From: Candidatus Latescibacterota bacterium | GTDB lineage: Bacteria > Latescibacterota > UBA2968 > SICM01 | Direction of reading: 5' to 3' | Assembly: GCA_965217865.1 (NCBI GenBank) | Contig: CBDCJO010000002.1 | Coordinates: 640,001-704,000, forward strand | Length of the DNA stretch: 64,000 nucleotides | Shown: one piece after another, positions 1-11,089 of the stretch | Layout: each line of letters opens with the position of its first letter | Numbering within the stretch: the stretch's first letter is position 1 | The notes under the pieces: generated by a model | Database searches by the model: none | Told to the model about the DNA's origin: nothing | The model's input: only the letters and a program-made list of their open reading frames with translations | Made by a program: the position numbers and the translations under genes

Positions 1-445
1 AAACTCCAAAAACCTCTGGAAAATATGCCGGATATGATTCGACGTTTAGATCATTGTTGGCTGCTGCCACAATGATAACTTGCCTCGAACGCGCTTTTAG
101 GCATATTTCCCTAATTGTATCACTGGGTTCCGATGTGGGCATCCCCAGGGATAAGTTGATCACTTTTACATCATTATCAAGGCACCACTCGATTGCGCTG
201 CTCAATTGACTTTGTGTCGCCACCAGCTTTCTGTTGAATATCTTCACAACCTTAAAAATAACATGGGGTGCGTGCATCCAAATTATCCCTGCACATGCCG
301 TCCCGTGCCCAATTTCATCGAAATGTTCAATGCAAGGGAGGACCTTACCATCGCTATCGATCTGCATCATTGGTTCACTGCACACTGCGCCTTTTAGTCT
401 TTCATGTTTTAGATCGATCCCACTGTCCACGATTCCAACTATCAT
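1..445 (-). CDS. S8 (subtilisin-like) serine peptidase, 5' part; runs off the left edge of the window
   Basis: Not in the ORF track. Manual translation from ATG 445 (alternative TTG 466): MIVGIVDSGIDLKH...DEIGHGTACAGII...VINLSLG...IIVAAANN...SYPAYFPEVFGV. These are the subtilase catalytic Asp and His motifs and the oxyanion-hole Asn. Confidence 0.88.
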   Translation of the reverse strand, partial: MIVGIVDSGIDLKHERLKGAVCSEPMMQIDSDGKVLPCIEHFDEIGHGTACAGIIWMHAPHVIFKVVKIFNRKLVATQSQLSSAIEWCLDNDVKVINLSLGMPTSEPSDTIREICLKARSRQVIIVAAANNDLNVESYPAYFPEVFGV

Positions 446-512
446 CAGGCCCAAATCCGGCTTCAAATGACAAAGTTGTGTGCGTTAACCAACGAGTTGC
501 TCTCTTGTTCGA

Positions 513-1583
513 TCAAGAATATTGAGGATCATGTTTCACCAGTTCCCCTCCTGTGTTGCCCGCAGAAAGATAATCCTCCCTGATCTGATCCCGAAGTCGA
601 AACTTCCACTCTGGGCACAGTCCTGGTGGTTCTTCAATAGGGCAAGTTGTGTTACATACGGGGAAGAGTTTGCACTTGTTACATACCCGATTGGAAAACT
701 TGTCCCACTCCACGAATTTATCTTTTTGCTCGTGGGATAATATGTATTCGTCGCTAAGATGGTGTGATCGGGTTGATGGATCATTTATATGCTCCCAACA
801 TTGATGAATGTAGCCGTCAGGATTTATCGTTAGGCTATACGGAAGCGAAGCCGCACCACAGAGAAAAGACTTTGCCGGTTCTGGTAACCGCAACTCGGTG
901 CTCGCGCGATTCTTTCTTCCGTGGTCCATCGCCCATCTGTTGTAACGGGCAACCAGGAGTCGTCTAAAGTCGCTTTTCACTTTAGCGAATTGTCGCTTGC
1001 TAAAAAACCCATCTGTCGAATACGAAACACACGAATTCGCGCGCGGGGGTCTTTTCCAAGCCAGGTTCACAATGACCTTGCCGGCTTGCTGAGGCCAGAT
1101 GCCTCTTTCCTCCAAGTCATCAAGGAGCATATCCAAGGAGTCAAAAACCCCCTTGTCGGTATTTATCCGAACAAGAAGGGTTATCCCTTTCGGTTTCAGG
1201 GCAATGTTGTCCATGATAAGATCGTAGTTTGTTTCATTTGAATTCTCACCGTACATAGGCAATATCGGACGTGACAGATTGTGGGCTTCTCGATGTCCGT
1301 CTAAGGTTACCTGTACATCATTAATTCGTTCGCGCTGAAGCAGGTCCCATGTACTCTTATCAAGATTGACCCCGTTGGTAATGATGTGCGCTCCATATTC
1401 CAGTGTGTGTGCATCAGCAAACGCGATCAGCCGTGGGGAAAGCTTCTCAATCACACTCGGCCGTAAGAGGGGTTCTCCCCCATACCAACATACTGACAGC
1501 TTGTATATCTCTTTTACGTACTTCTTCTCTCCAATGGCACGTTCTAGAAATTCAATCAGGTCATTTGCTGTCTGGTCTGACAT
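513..1583 (-). pseudogene. Radical SAM/SPASM-domain protein lacking the N-terminal CxxxCxxC motif
   Basis: WYGGEPLL, IITNG, QVTLDG...H...R and Cys-rich SPASM motifs (CGA...INPDGYIHQC; CNKCKLFPVCNTTCP...C). An in-frame TAA lies three codons upstream of the ATG, so the cluster-binding motif is missing. Confidence 0.82.
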
Positions 1584-1887
1584 GAATTTTTAGCGGGCAT
1601 TTCATGACTTCGAAATTGAAGCCTTTCATGTCGTCTCGATAGAAAAAACGGCCTTTGATATCTGGTGGTCCATAAAGAAATTTCACTAACTGATCGTTAT
1701 CGAATCTTCTAAGGTATTCACATATTGATTTGTCTGAAGTAAGCGCCGCCTGGACTGCCAGCCAATGACTGACGAAACCTTTTAGCAATACTGGTTGGTT
1801 GGCCAGATTTTCGTTCTCGAAAATATTTCCGTCTACATTTTCCAGTTGCGGAATCTGTTGGGATACGTCTCTCATTGAGCCACTCAA
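1561..1887 (-). pseudogene. Cupin-like (Cupin_8/JmjC-type) protein, N-terminal fragment
   Basis: QPVLLKGFVSHW...GRFFYRDDMKGFNF resembles the start of cupin-like proteins. It stops abruptly at the junction with the rSAM remnant. Confidence 0.6.
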
Positions 1888-2049
1888 TTATATCAGCTTT
1901 TTCTGGCTTCGGGGTCTTATCGCAAGTTCAAGGCATTCCAAATGAAGTCTACACAACTCACTCTAGAATCTGTTCGATATATGATTACACGTAATTTCCG
2001 AGCCAATGTGCCGATTCCGAGTCGAGGACGGTGTGATTAAGAGCCACGC

Positions 2050-2970
2050 TTAGCGACGCCTGAGAACGCTGAACAATGCCTTTGGCTGATGCGACAACGT
2101 AGCCTCAAAACTCGTTTGAAGATTTTCAACTTCCTTATAGTATTCTCCGAATATCCGATAGATTGATTCCGCACTATGTCGAGTCGGTCCCCAACCAGAT
2201 GGCTCGAGCACACTGAATGTTTTCAAGAATAGAATCCCGCCGGACTTATGAATCGCAGCCAATATCTGAGCGAACTTCCGCTGGAGACTTACCTCCCGAA
2301 AACAGTGAAAACACCCACGGTCAAACGCATAGTCGAACTTGTGTTCGAAATCCTTCGCGCTCAGCTGAAGAATATTGGCAAGTTTGAACTGAACGTTCGG
2401 CACGGTCTCTTTAACTCTTTCTCTCGCCTGAAAAATGCAGTGTTCATTTGCATCAATGCCTTCAACGAAATATCCTAGGCACGCTAGTCGGGAGGCGATA
2501 TTGCCAAGTCCGCAACCAAATTCGACGAAACGACCCGGTTTCGGAGCCCATTTCGCCAAGGCTTCGCCCAACTCGTAGTCGATGTGTTCGGAATACCATG
2601 GAGAATCCTCCTGGTCAGCCGGCTCCCAATAAGCCCAAAGACCCTGCTCCGAATCAATAGGAACCCCGCCGGAGTATGGCAACACCCAACTAGGTCTTCG
2701 ATCTATTCCGTTCCCTTTTTTCCTTATTGCAGCTTCCGGCAGTACGGTACCGGCTAGCTGTGACTTCCTAAGGGCAATCTTTGGCCTTCGCCGCCTTATC
2801 TCTACTAAGTGGCCGTTTGGATCACTTATGCTCACTTTGAGCGTCCCGTTTTCACCGCTCCGCTTTGCCTTAATTCTCGACGACTCTAAATGCGCCAACA
2901 AACTGTCATATTCCGAATAGCGAAGTTCGAAACACAGCTTCGTTGTTTGCAGACCGTGAACCTGTACTAG
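2050..2970 (-). pseudogene. VOC/glyoxalase-like domain fused to a class I SAM methyltransferase; 5' end cut by IS1182
   Basis: Frame is open up to the IS. KLCFELRYSEYDSLLAHL...VSISDPNGHLVEI (VOC-like) is followed by VEFGCGLG and FDYAFDRGCFH (methyltransferase). Confidence 0.65.
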
Positions 2971-4496
2971 CAGCCCGTTGAAGAACTACCTTTCAACGCA
3001 CATAAACGGAAAAGACGCCTGGAGTGCGGGTCAGATAAATCAAGGTAAGGAGATTGAGCAGGAGACGCTGATAAGAGGTTAAAAAGGTGACCGAGGGCAG
3101 CAAACGTGATTGTAGGACGAGCAGTAGACGCTGCAAGGCCTTGGCCAGGTCCTGGAGGGCCTTCGGAGTACCTACGCCCATCACTTTGCGCATGAGCAGA
3201 GCCAGGTTGCAGCCCCCGATGTGGATCAGCAAACGCTTGAGGATATTGCCGCGGTCTCTCAAGTGCAACCTGCGCATGCCACCGGTATCATATGTGTGAG
3301 CGATGGTTCTTTCCACCCGTTCTGCACGACTTCGGCGCAAGGCCTTGCCGCGATCTCCCTTGATCCGGCGTCGATTCGCATATACCGCGGCCTGCTCATC
3401 TCGTCGGCCGTTCCACTTGCGGCGTCCCCGATCCGGTTCTGAAATGTAACTCCGGATGCCGCCTTGCTTCAGACTGGTCAATACATCGTTGCTATGATAT
3501 CCTTTGTCCGCAACCACCTCCCGTATACGCTGTCTGTGCAAACGTTTGGCAGCTTTTTCGTCCTTCGCGACCTGCTTGAGATTGAGCTGCGCCTCGAGCA
3601 GCGTCCAGGGCAACGACTCGGTATCTCCTTCATCTGCTCCCGACAACGCCACTGCCACAATGGCATTGGTGTCCAGATCCACCGCGTGCTCCACCTTGTG
3701 CGCCATGTGCGTGCGACCGTCCTTCATCTTAGCGATCTTGGCATCCGGGTCGTGCGGGTGCTCCCAGTCCTGGTTCGATCCCTTCTTCGGTCGCTTCTTA
3801 TCGATCTTGGACAAGTCCTCGCGGGTAGGCGTTTCAATGCCCGAGGCCTTGGCCAGATTCTCAAGGAATGCCTGGTAGCCTTCACCCGTGTCACGGCGTA
3901 CAATGCTGCGCATCGCGGCGTTGGCCTCCAGTGTCGTAGCATCCACGCCCAACGTCTTCCCCTTCACCAGACCCGCTTTGCACAAGACCCTCAGGATCCA
4001 CTTGAAAACCGCTTCGTGAACTTCCAAGGGAAGCCGATGCCGGATGCGAGACAGGCTGGAATGATCCGGGGTCTGTTCGTCAAGGGCATACCCCAAAAAC
4101 CGGCGCAACGTCAGCGAGTCAGATACACGCCATTCGATCCCACGTTCCGAATCAAGTCCCTCGAAATACCCAATCAAAAGCATCCGAAAATAAACCCCGG
4201 GCGGAATGCCCTTGCGACCCATATGAGGAGCGTAATACCGCTGGCAAAGCCCCTCGACGAACTCGTCGAAGCCGTTCGCCCCCAATACCTGATTCAGCTT
4301 CTCGTAGAACGGATGACCCGGAGATTTCACCAAAGTGTTCGATGCGATGAACAGGTTTTCCTGTCTCTGTCGTCCTCGTTTTCCCATTGCCATTTGCTCG
4401 TCCTCCCTTCTCAGTTTGAACCTGATATATCATAGGACCAAACCACAAGGAAAGACAATAGTCATCTTGGCATAAACGCACTTTTTCAACAGGCTG
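2971..4496 (-). mobile_element. IS1182/IS5-like insertion sequence, copy 1 (transposase 2993-4393)
   Basis: DDE transposase (TPDHSSLSRIR, VDATTLEANA, VADKGY). TIRs cagcccgttgaa / cagcctgttgaa. CTAG on both flanks. Confidence 0.93.
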
Positions 4497-4588
4497 CTAG
4501 CCCCTTCCCTAAAGGAAGGGGAATATCGCCTTTAATTTAGAAAATAATTAAAAATATAATCTCCCCTCTCCTGGCTCTTCAGAGCCAA

Positions 4589-4627
4589 GTTCCCGGTCTG
4601 GAGACCGGTCCCACAACTTGTGGCCAC
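4589..4627 (-). repeat. GTGG-type REP-like palindrome; a 23-bp segment recurs at 7474-7496
   Basis: Minus strand reads GTGGGACCGGTCTCCAGACCGG (hairpin). ccggtcccacaacttgtggccac occurs at 4605-4627 and 7474-7496. Confidence 0.6.
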
Positions 4628-4648
4628 GTAAGGCCATGGGGTCCCGGG

Positions 4649-7291
4649 CTATTTTCCCTCAAGACCTTCAAGCCATCCGAGGACGGGCTGTATGCATCGA
4701 AGGATGACGCTCGGCATCAAAGGTCGTCCCTGGACCGCGAAGTTCTCAGGGGTGGCGGGAATTCGGTTGCCGTCCGCGTCGTAGGCGGTAAGATCCTTCG
4801 CATCGATGAGGCCTTCCATGCCGAGGCCCGCCCAACCGAGTCCGTATTCCGGGCCGAGAATCCCCCGTTCGATGGCATCGATCATTCGACGGCACATCGC
4901 GAGGATCTCGGTGTCCTGGATCAGCTGGTAGGCCAGGGGGCAGACCATGACCAGCTGGGCTGTTGCGATCATGTTCGAAAGCGGTTCGAGGCCGTACTGG
5001 GTACTGGGGACGCCGGGAGCGCTGAATGAGCGTCCGTCCACGCTCTCGTCCTTAAAAAGATCCTGTTCCCGCATCAGGTTAAAACACCGGACAAAGGCCG
5101 TTCCCCACTTTTCATCCTGGTCGATATAGTAGAGCCGGGACAGCCCCTCGAGTGCAAGGGTGTTGAAAAATCCGTGAAAGGACTGGGTCGCGTCGTTGTC
5201 AGGACCGTCCCGCCTGGCCCGCTCCCTGACGGTCTTTCCGAAATTCATAAAGTGACCCTCCGGCATCTGATCGTCCAGGAGTTCCTGGCCGAGCTGCCTG
5301 GCACGCTCCAGCAGCCGAGGGTCCTCAAGCAGCTCGTAGTACGTGGCCATCTGCATGAGGTAGAGCGATATCGTCCGCAGGTCGACATCGGTGAACTTTC
5401 GATTTTTGTGGGTTTCGACGCAAACCTCGATGATGCCCCCCAGCGCCTCCAGGATTGAGGGATCGCCGGTCAGCAGGTAGAAATCGATCAGGCCTTCACA
5501 CCAGAAGTGATCCGTGGCGGAACCGTCGTCGCCCCGGAAGCAATGCCCCGCAGCGTGGGTATGGACTCCGTAAAAGGGATAGTGCTGGACATCGATGTCC
5601 AGGAAGTGGCGGGCCATGTTGACCGCATAGTCGAAAGAGGCCTTGTCCCGAGTGGATAGGAAATGCAGGAAGAGACCGTGGAGCGGCTCCTCTTCGTTGT
5701 TGTTCCAGTAGTCTATCCGCGAATGCTGTCGTCGCTTCCAGTGCTTTTCGTCGGCGTCCTTGGGGAAACCGGGGGAAAAGTGCATGTAGATCAGGTCCCC
5801 GGCATCCCACTTGCCGAGGATATTAAAGGCCGGCTCGTTGCTCCGAATCCATCCGGCGGCACGGTCCGCAGCGGTCGGGGAGGTATTCGAGTCGGCCCGG
5901 TCAGGCGGGAAGACGTCGCGGTAGCGGCTGCTGACCTGCAGGGACTCGTGATCGATTGTGGCCTGATTGATTTCCAGGGAACCGTCCCGGGCTCTTCGAT
6001 GGCATTGGGATTCGGAAAGATCATCGGCGAGGTCCAGCCAGAACGTTGCACCCTTCTGAATACCCTGGACCGTCTCGAGGCATTGACGATCTTTGTCGAA
6101 GAAGGCCCAGTAGGGACGGGCGATAAGGCTGTCATAGATGGTGTGCCGATGTCTCAGTTCGGGGCGCTCCACTGAGTCGGGATGCGGCGGGAGGACGTTC
6201 ATGGCCGCTATGCGTTCATTGGCGTCTTCGGGCCAAAGGCCCAGTTCGAGCCGGTCTTCCGACACCCGGATCTCGTTCGGATATTCCCTTTGGAAGTCCC
6301 GCATGAATACTGAGACGCGTGCGTCGTCGAAGCGGGCCTGCATCCAGCCAGGGGCCACGGAACCGCTGGCTGTTCCATAGCCGATGGTGGTGGCCTGCCC
6401 GGTCTGTTCCAGGCGATGCGCCAGATAGGTTACCTCGTCGGCCTGGAGGATTCGGCAGGCCGTTCCGGGGATCAACCGAACCGTTTGATATCCCCTCTCG
6501 AGACCATAGGTCACACGCCGGGTTTGTCCTTCGAACGGGAGGACAAAACGGATATCCTTGAGCCAGTGCGCGATTTTATCATCGGCGTGGCGCCAACCGA
6601 CCTCGAATCTCAGGAGGGTGGAGTCGCAGTAGCACTCGAGTTTCACGATGTATTCGAGTCCCGTGGCGTACGTGTCGTGGCCCGTTATCCCTTCGATGTA
6701 CACAAGGGCACGCACCGGACCGGTTTCGTGAACGTGAATCCTGCGCCGTCCTCGCTCAGCGACGCGCGGGGTCACATAGCCGAAGGTTTCAAGAACCCGC
6801 GACGAGGTGAAGAGGCGTCCATCGTCGGTCGTCGTGCGGATTCCCTGTTCGGGGCTCCCGCGGAGGATCCGCCGGGCTCCAGCGTTCGTTTTTGCAGATA
6901 TGGACTCGATCATGTAAGGATAGTATGGACCCAGATGCGACTGGTCTTCTTCCGTTGGGATGCGAATCAGAAGTTTGCCCGTGTCGATGAGGTGATGGTC
7001 ATCGACGATGCTGTGGGATACAGGGGTCATTGACGTCGGGAGTGCGGGCTCCAGCGTCATAGTCAGGGGGCCTTCCGCTGAACGGACGTCCAGCAAATAG
7101 ATCGCCCATTTCACGCTACCGTCGGACCAGGAGACAAGAGCGCGGCCCTGACTCAAGACGACGCGCCCGTTCCTGTCCCGGAAGACACACTGGTTCGGAG
7201 CGGTGAGATTCCCGCGTTCGAACGGAACGCTGACCCGGGCAGGTGTGAGTGCCGAAAGGTCTTCAGGCAGATCAATGCGGCAACTTTTCAT
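4649..7291 (-). CDS. Large (880 aa) PcRGLX/YetA-like protein, putative exo-rhamnogalacturonan lyase-related carbohydrate-active enzyme
   Basis: N-terminal VPFERG...WSDGSVKW pattern, TGPVRA motif, YWNNNE and HFLDIDVQH in an alpha/alpha-barrel-like C-terminus. GAGG RBS. Confidence 0.6.
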   Translation of the reverse strand: MKSCRIDLPEDLSALTPARVSVPFERGNLTAPNQCVFRDRNGRVVLSQGRALVSWSDGSVKWAIYLLDVRSAEGPLTMTLEPALPTSMTPVSHSIVDDHHLIDTGKLLIRIPTEEDQSHLGPYYPYMIESISAKTNAGARRILRGSPEQGIRTTTDDGRLFTSSRVLETFGYVTPRVAERGRRRIHVHETGPVRALVYIEGITGHDTYATGLEYIVKLECYCDSTLLRFEVGWRHADDKIAHWLKDIRFVLPFEGQTRRVTYGLERGYQTVRLIPGTACRILQADEVTYLAHRLEQTGQATTIGYGTASGSVAPGWMQARFDDARVSVFMRDFQREYPNEIRVSEDRLELGLWPEDANERIAAMNVLPPHPDSVERPELRHRHTIYDSLIARPYWAFFDKDRQCLETVQGIQKGATFWLDLADDLSESQCHRRARDGSLEINQATIDHESLQVSSRYRDVFPPDRADSNTSPTAADRAAGWIRSNEPAFNILGKWDAGDLIYMHFSPGFPKDADEKHWKRRQHSRIDYWNNNEEEPLHGLFLHFLSTRDKASFDYAVNMARHFLDIDVQHYPFYGVHTHAAGHCFRGDDGSATDHFWCEGLIDFYLLTGDPSILEALGGIIEVCVETHKNRKFTDVDLRTISLYLMQMATYYELLEDPRLLERARQLGQELLDDQMPEGHFMNFGKTVRERARRDGPDNDATQSFHGFFNTLALEGLSRLYYIDQDEKWGTAFVRCFNLMREQDLFKDESVDGRSFSAPGVPSTQYGLEPLSNMIATAQLVMVCPLAYQLIQDTEILAMCRRMIDAIERGILGPEYGLGWAGLGMEGLIDAKDLTAYDADGNRIPATPENFAVQGRPLMPSVILRCIQPVLGWLEGLEGK

Positions 7292-7565
7292 GTCGACCTC
7301 CTAGTGGAAATTCAAAGTGCAAAATGGAAAGTGCAAAAGGGGATTGGGGTCCGGGTGTTTCAGGCCCCTTCCTCCCGGTAGATATCCTGAACCATATCCA
7401 TGAACCAGGAAGGCCTCCTGATGATCACCGATATGAGGATCAGACAGAGAATCGGGATCGGGATCGCGGCGTCCCGGTCCCACAACTTGTGGCCACATAG
7501 GCAAGGGTGTTTCATTGCGGCTGGGTGAAGTGACGTCATGGAAATATGACAATTCAATCGCACTT

Positions 7566-7619
7566 CCCCTCTCCCGGCACCCGGGAGAGGGGTGCCGAGC
7601 TTGCGAGGCGGGGTGAGGG
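7566..7619. repeat. REP-like palindrome (CCCCTCTCCC...GGGAGAGGGG...GGGGTGAGGG type)
   Basis: cccctctcccggcacccgggagagggg hairpin followed by ggggtgaggg. A related hairpin lies at 4501-4521. Confidence 0.6.
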
Positions 7620-7645
7620 AGCACCACGATCAAAAAAGTGCAAAA

Positions 7646-8716
7646 CTAAACCGAGACCATCTTCAAACAGACTGGAGCAGGCACTTCCGCGATGTTGCCG
7701 GTCGGTGTTAGACTTCCGGACGCGTGGTCCATTCTGAATGTGACGATCGTGTTGGTTACCTGATTTGCGGCCAGGAGGATGGTCCCGGTCGGATCGATCG
7801 CGAAATTGCGCGGCTGCTTTCCCTGCGTGGGTTCGTGGCCGACAAGCCCGAGTCGCCCGGTTTCTGCGTCGATTTCAAAGATCGCGATGCTGTCGTGACC
7901 CCGGTTCGAGCCGTAGACAAATTTCCCGGAGGGGGAGACGTGGATATCGGCACACGTGCTCTGGCCTTCAAAATCCGCGGGCAGGGTGGACAGGGTCTCG
8001 ATCTCCTCGAGAGAACCGTTTTGCGGGTCGTAGTTAAAAGCCGTCATTGACGAGTCGATCTCGTTGATCACGAAAGCGAATTTTCCGTCCGGATGAAAGG
8101 CGAAATGGCGGGGTCCGGCACCGGGCCGGATGCTCGCCCAGGGGGGGTCGTTGGGTATCAATTTTCCGGCCTTCAGATCGAGCCGGTATATCATAACTTT
8201 ATCGATTCCCAGATCGGGCGAAAAGGCGTATCGGTTTGACGAGTCCAGGAAGACGGAGTGTGTATGCGGCGCTTTCTGGCGTCGGGGATGGACGCTGGTA
8301 CCAGTGTGCTGAACCACGTCAGTGGCTTCCCCCAAGCCGCCGTCCTCCCGTATCGGAAGGACGCAGAGGCTTCCCCCCCCGTAGTTGGCCACGAATACGA
8401 ACTTTCCGGTGGCGTCGACGCTCAGGTGGCAGGGGTGGGCTCCTTTCGAGGACTGCTGATTGATGAACGTCAGGTTTCCGGTACCGGGGTCGATTGAGAA
8501 TGCGCTTACGCCTCCTCCCGGTTCTCCGGCGACTTCCTCAACTTCGTTGACGGAATAGAGAAAACGCGCCTGCGGATGGATCGCCAAAAATCCTGGGTTA
8601 TTCGGTACGCTGACCGAACTTTCGAACTCCAGAGCCCCGGAAGAGGGATCGAATTGGTAGAGGTATATCCCTTCGCTGTCACCGTCCGTATAGGTTCCGA
8701 TGTAGAGGCGGATCAT
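7646..8716 (-). CDS. pgl: 6-phosphogluconolactonase (lactonase beta-propeller family)
   Basis: MIRLYIGTYT, PCHLSVD, VANYGGG, GAGPRHFAFHP, YGSNRGHDSI, PRNFAID. AAGGAGG RBS precedes ATG 8716. Confidence 0.9.
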   Translation of the reverse strand: MIRLYIGTYTDGDSEGIYLYQFDPSSGALEFESSVSVPNNPGFLAIHPQARFLYSVNEVEEVAGEPGGGVSAFSIDPGTGNLTFINQQSSKGAHPCHLSVDATGKFVFVANYGGGSLCVLPIREDGGLGEATDVVQHTGTSVHPRRQKAPHTHSVFLDSSNRYAFSPDLGIDKVMIYRLDLKAGKLIPNDPPWASIRPGAGPRHFAFHPDGKFAFVINEIDSSMTAFNYDPQNGSLEEIETLSTLPADFEGQSTCADIHVSPSGKFVYGSNRGHDSIAIFEIDAETGRLGLVGHEPTQGKQPRNFAIDPTGTILLAANQVTNTIVTFRMDHASGSLTPTGNIAEVPAPVCLKMVSV

Positions 8717-9031
8717 TAGTACCTCCTTGGAAAGACCGTGAAACGGCAGTAGCAGTAACAGTGGCAGCAGCAGGAAAGAATCGTGGATCGTGATTCGTGA
8801 TTCGGAAGAGCAAATGACGTGGACTAGCAAAGTTCTGGAAATCCCGAAACGGGAAGGGGTTTTCAGAATTCCATTCGGTCACGGTTTGGCGGTTTTCAAG
8901 GCGAATTGGATAAGTTTTAATGATAAACGGATTTGATTTGGGACAGCCGTTATCGGTTTCGGTTAACCGATTACGGCCCGCGAGGCCGCGGGACTGAGTC
9001 GAAGGTCACCGGTGCGCCCAAAAGCAAAGGT

Positions 9032-10204
9032 TCAGGTTTTTCGGAACAGTTTCACGGCTTTGTAGTCCATTCTGACGTCGAACCCGACCCGAAAGGCCTC
9101 GACATAGGGGCTCTGTGCCGCGTCCTGATCGTTGACGGTCTCTACGGTGATCGTGTGCAAAGCCTGAAATTCCCGTGTGAGCAGGTGGCGGAGGACGATC
9201 AGGTATTCCTGGATCCGGGGATCCTCGGGGGGTTCGTGGAATGTCAGGACCCTCCCGTATCGCTGGGATACGGCCACGATCTTCGTTCCCCTGTAGACCA
9301 GGTGGGTGCTCGGGATCCGGCTCGGGAGGATCCCTTTGAGGGCATCGATCTGAACACCGAGGAGCGATGCGGGATCCGTTGCATTCATCCAGTAGACGCT
9401 GTCTTCCGGGAGTTTGTCCCTTAGTTTTCGAAATGCCCTGGGGGAGATGAACTGCGGACCCGGGATGTCCCGGAAGAAAAAACCGGTGAGTACCTCTCCG
9501 GACAACTCCATGAGCCTGAGGGACCGGAAGACCTTGGACCACTGGAAGGCGGGTGCTTCTCTCCGGAGGAGTTCCCGAAAGAGGATCCCGTGGCGGTCGA
9601 GCAGGAGGCGCACCCGGTCCTTGTTCCGCTCCTCTTTTTCGATGAGGTCGTCGGTCTCGGGGGTTGTCTGCAGGAGGTGCCAGTTTCCGGTGAACGGCAT
9701 CGTGTTCTTCCATCGGGCGAATCCCGTGCGGCTTCTGAACCCGCCAGGTTTCCCGCGGTTCGTCGCCCCGAGGTCGGGCACCTGAAACCTGTTCAGAATC
9801 CCTTTTCGAAGCGCAGAGAAGGTGTCGTTGGTCACACGCCCGTGCCAGACGCCTTTCCAGAGGTTTTCCGCGAGTTGAGCGGAATTCAGGTTTGAGATTT
9901 TCATCAGGGTGGAAAAGTCGTATCGAGCGGAAGCGTCCGGGAAAAGGGCTTCCAGGTCGGAAGGGACGGGTTTTCGCGGTTCGGGCCCATCCGAATCCGA
10001 TTCGTTCCTGCGATCGACGGGTAGACGGTCGATCTCCTCGTCGAAAAGATCCAGGTCCGGCTCGAAGCAGAATGCCACTTTCTGAATCCCACGGCCGACC
10101 CACTTCAGGTTTCCCTCCTGGAACAGGTTGTCCAGCCAGGCCCGGTTGTAGTTTCTGAGCCTGGCCGGGAGGATCTCGGACTCCCACTGAGCGGCCGGGG
10201 CATC
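9032..10204 (-). pseudogene. lhr: Lhr-like helicase, C-terminal fragment only
   Basis: AQWESEILPARL, LLDRHGILFRELL, LRLMELSGEVLTGFF...GPQF, NATDPASL. The helicase core is absent and the fragment abuts the stop of the upstream gene. Confidence 0.8.
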
Positions 10205-10208
10205 TATA

Positions 10209-10922
10209 TCACAGACCGAGGGTTATGATTCCGATCCCGCAGAGGCATAGGGTTCCGCCGGCCAGTGCGTGGCCGTAACGTTCCATCCGCAACAGAGGGA
10301 GGCGCTGAAGGCCGAATGTGGCCAGGAACACGATCCCAAGCATGGTCAGGAGGGTTACGGCTCCGAAAACGGCGGTCACCCAGACCACGACGATCAGGCT
10401 GTTCTGGGCAGCGGGGACCATCAGGATCGGTATCAGGGTCTTACAAGGGCCAAGGACGAAGACGGCGAAGAGGATCCAGGGGGTGATCTGGGATTTGCCA
10501 TTTGAGAGATCGTCGTGTCGATGTTCTGTGTGTGTCGCGTGGGGGTGCGTGTGGAGGGTACCGTCGGGATGCACGTGTTGATGCAGGTGGAACCGGTTCT
10601 TCAAGGCTTTCCTGAATCCCCACGCGGTGTAGACGGCCCCTGCGGCGATCAACACCCAGGCCGACAGCTCTCCCCGAACCGATTCCAGCATCTCCAACCG
10701 GAATATGGCGACGCCGAAGGCAATGCCGATCGCGCCGATCAGGACAGAGCTGAAGACGTGGCCGAGTCCGCAGAGGGCGGTGACGGCGAGGGTCTTGGCT
10801 CTGGACCAGCCCTCGGCCCTGCCCATCGCAAGGAACGGGAGATAGTGGTCGGGGCCCAGTAGGGTGTGGAAGAATCCGAGGGTGGCCGCAGTTGCGGTTA
10901 GAAAGTATATGGAATCGGGCAT
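10209..10922 (-). CDS. Ni/Co transporter-like membrane protein (NiCoT/UreH/RcnA-like)
   Basis: HTLLGPDHY motif, His-rich loop HLHQHVHPDGTLHTHPH, GPC motif, several TM segments. Confidence 0.82.
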   Translation of the reverse strand: MPDSIYFLTATAATLGFFHTLLGPDHYLPFLAMGRAEGWSRAKTLAVTALCGLGHVFSSVLIGAIGIAFGVAIFRLEMLESVRGELSAWVLIAAGAVYTAWGFRKALKNRFHLHQHVHPDGTLHTHPHATHTEHRHDDLSNGKSQITPWILFAVFVLGPCKTLIPILMVPAAQNSLIVVVWVTAVFGAVTLLTMLGIVFLATFGLQRLPLLRMERYGHALAGGTLCLCGIGIITLGL

Positions 10923-11089
10923 GAATATTATTGTATTAAAGACTCAGGTGAAAATTTGGGAGCGAACAGCAGGTAGATAAGGATTTTGGAGGGGGGAAGC
11001 AAGAAGGAAATGCAGTAGCAGTGGCAGTAGCAGGAAAGGCAAAGAGAGAGATCGAGAGTCGGAGGTCTGTGGAAATTGAGGTGACGCCT

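Noticed and set aside
3464-4435. 323-aa antisense ORF in each IS1182 copy, and other long shadow ORFs such as 9006-10187, 57965-59173 and 60208-61281
   Set aside because: They overlap well-supported genes in GC-rich DNA and carry no recognisable motifs.
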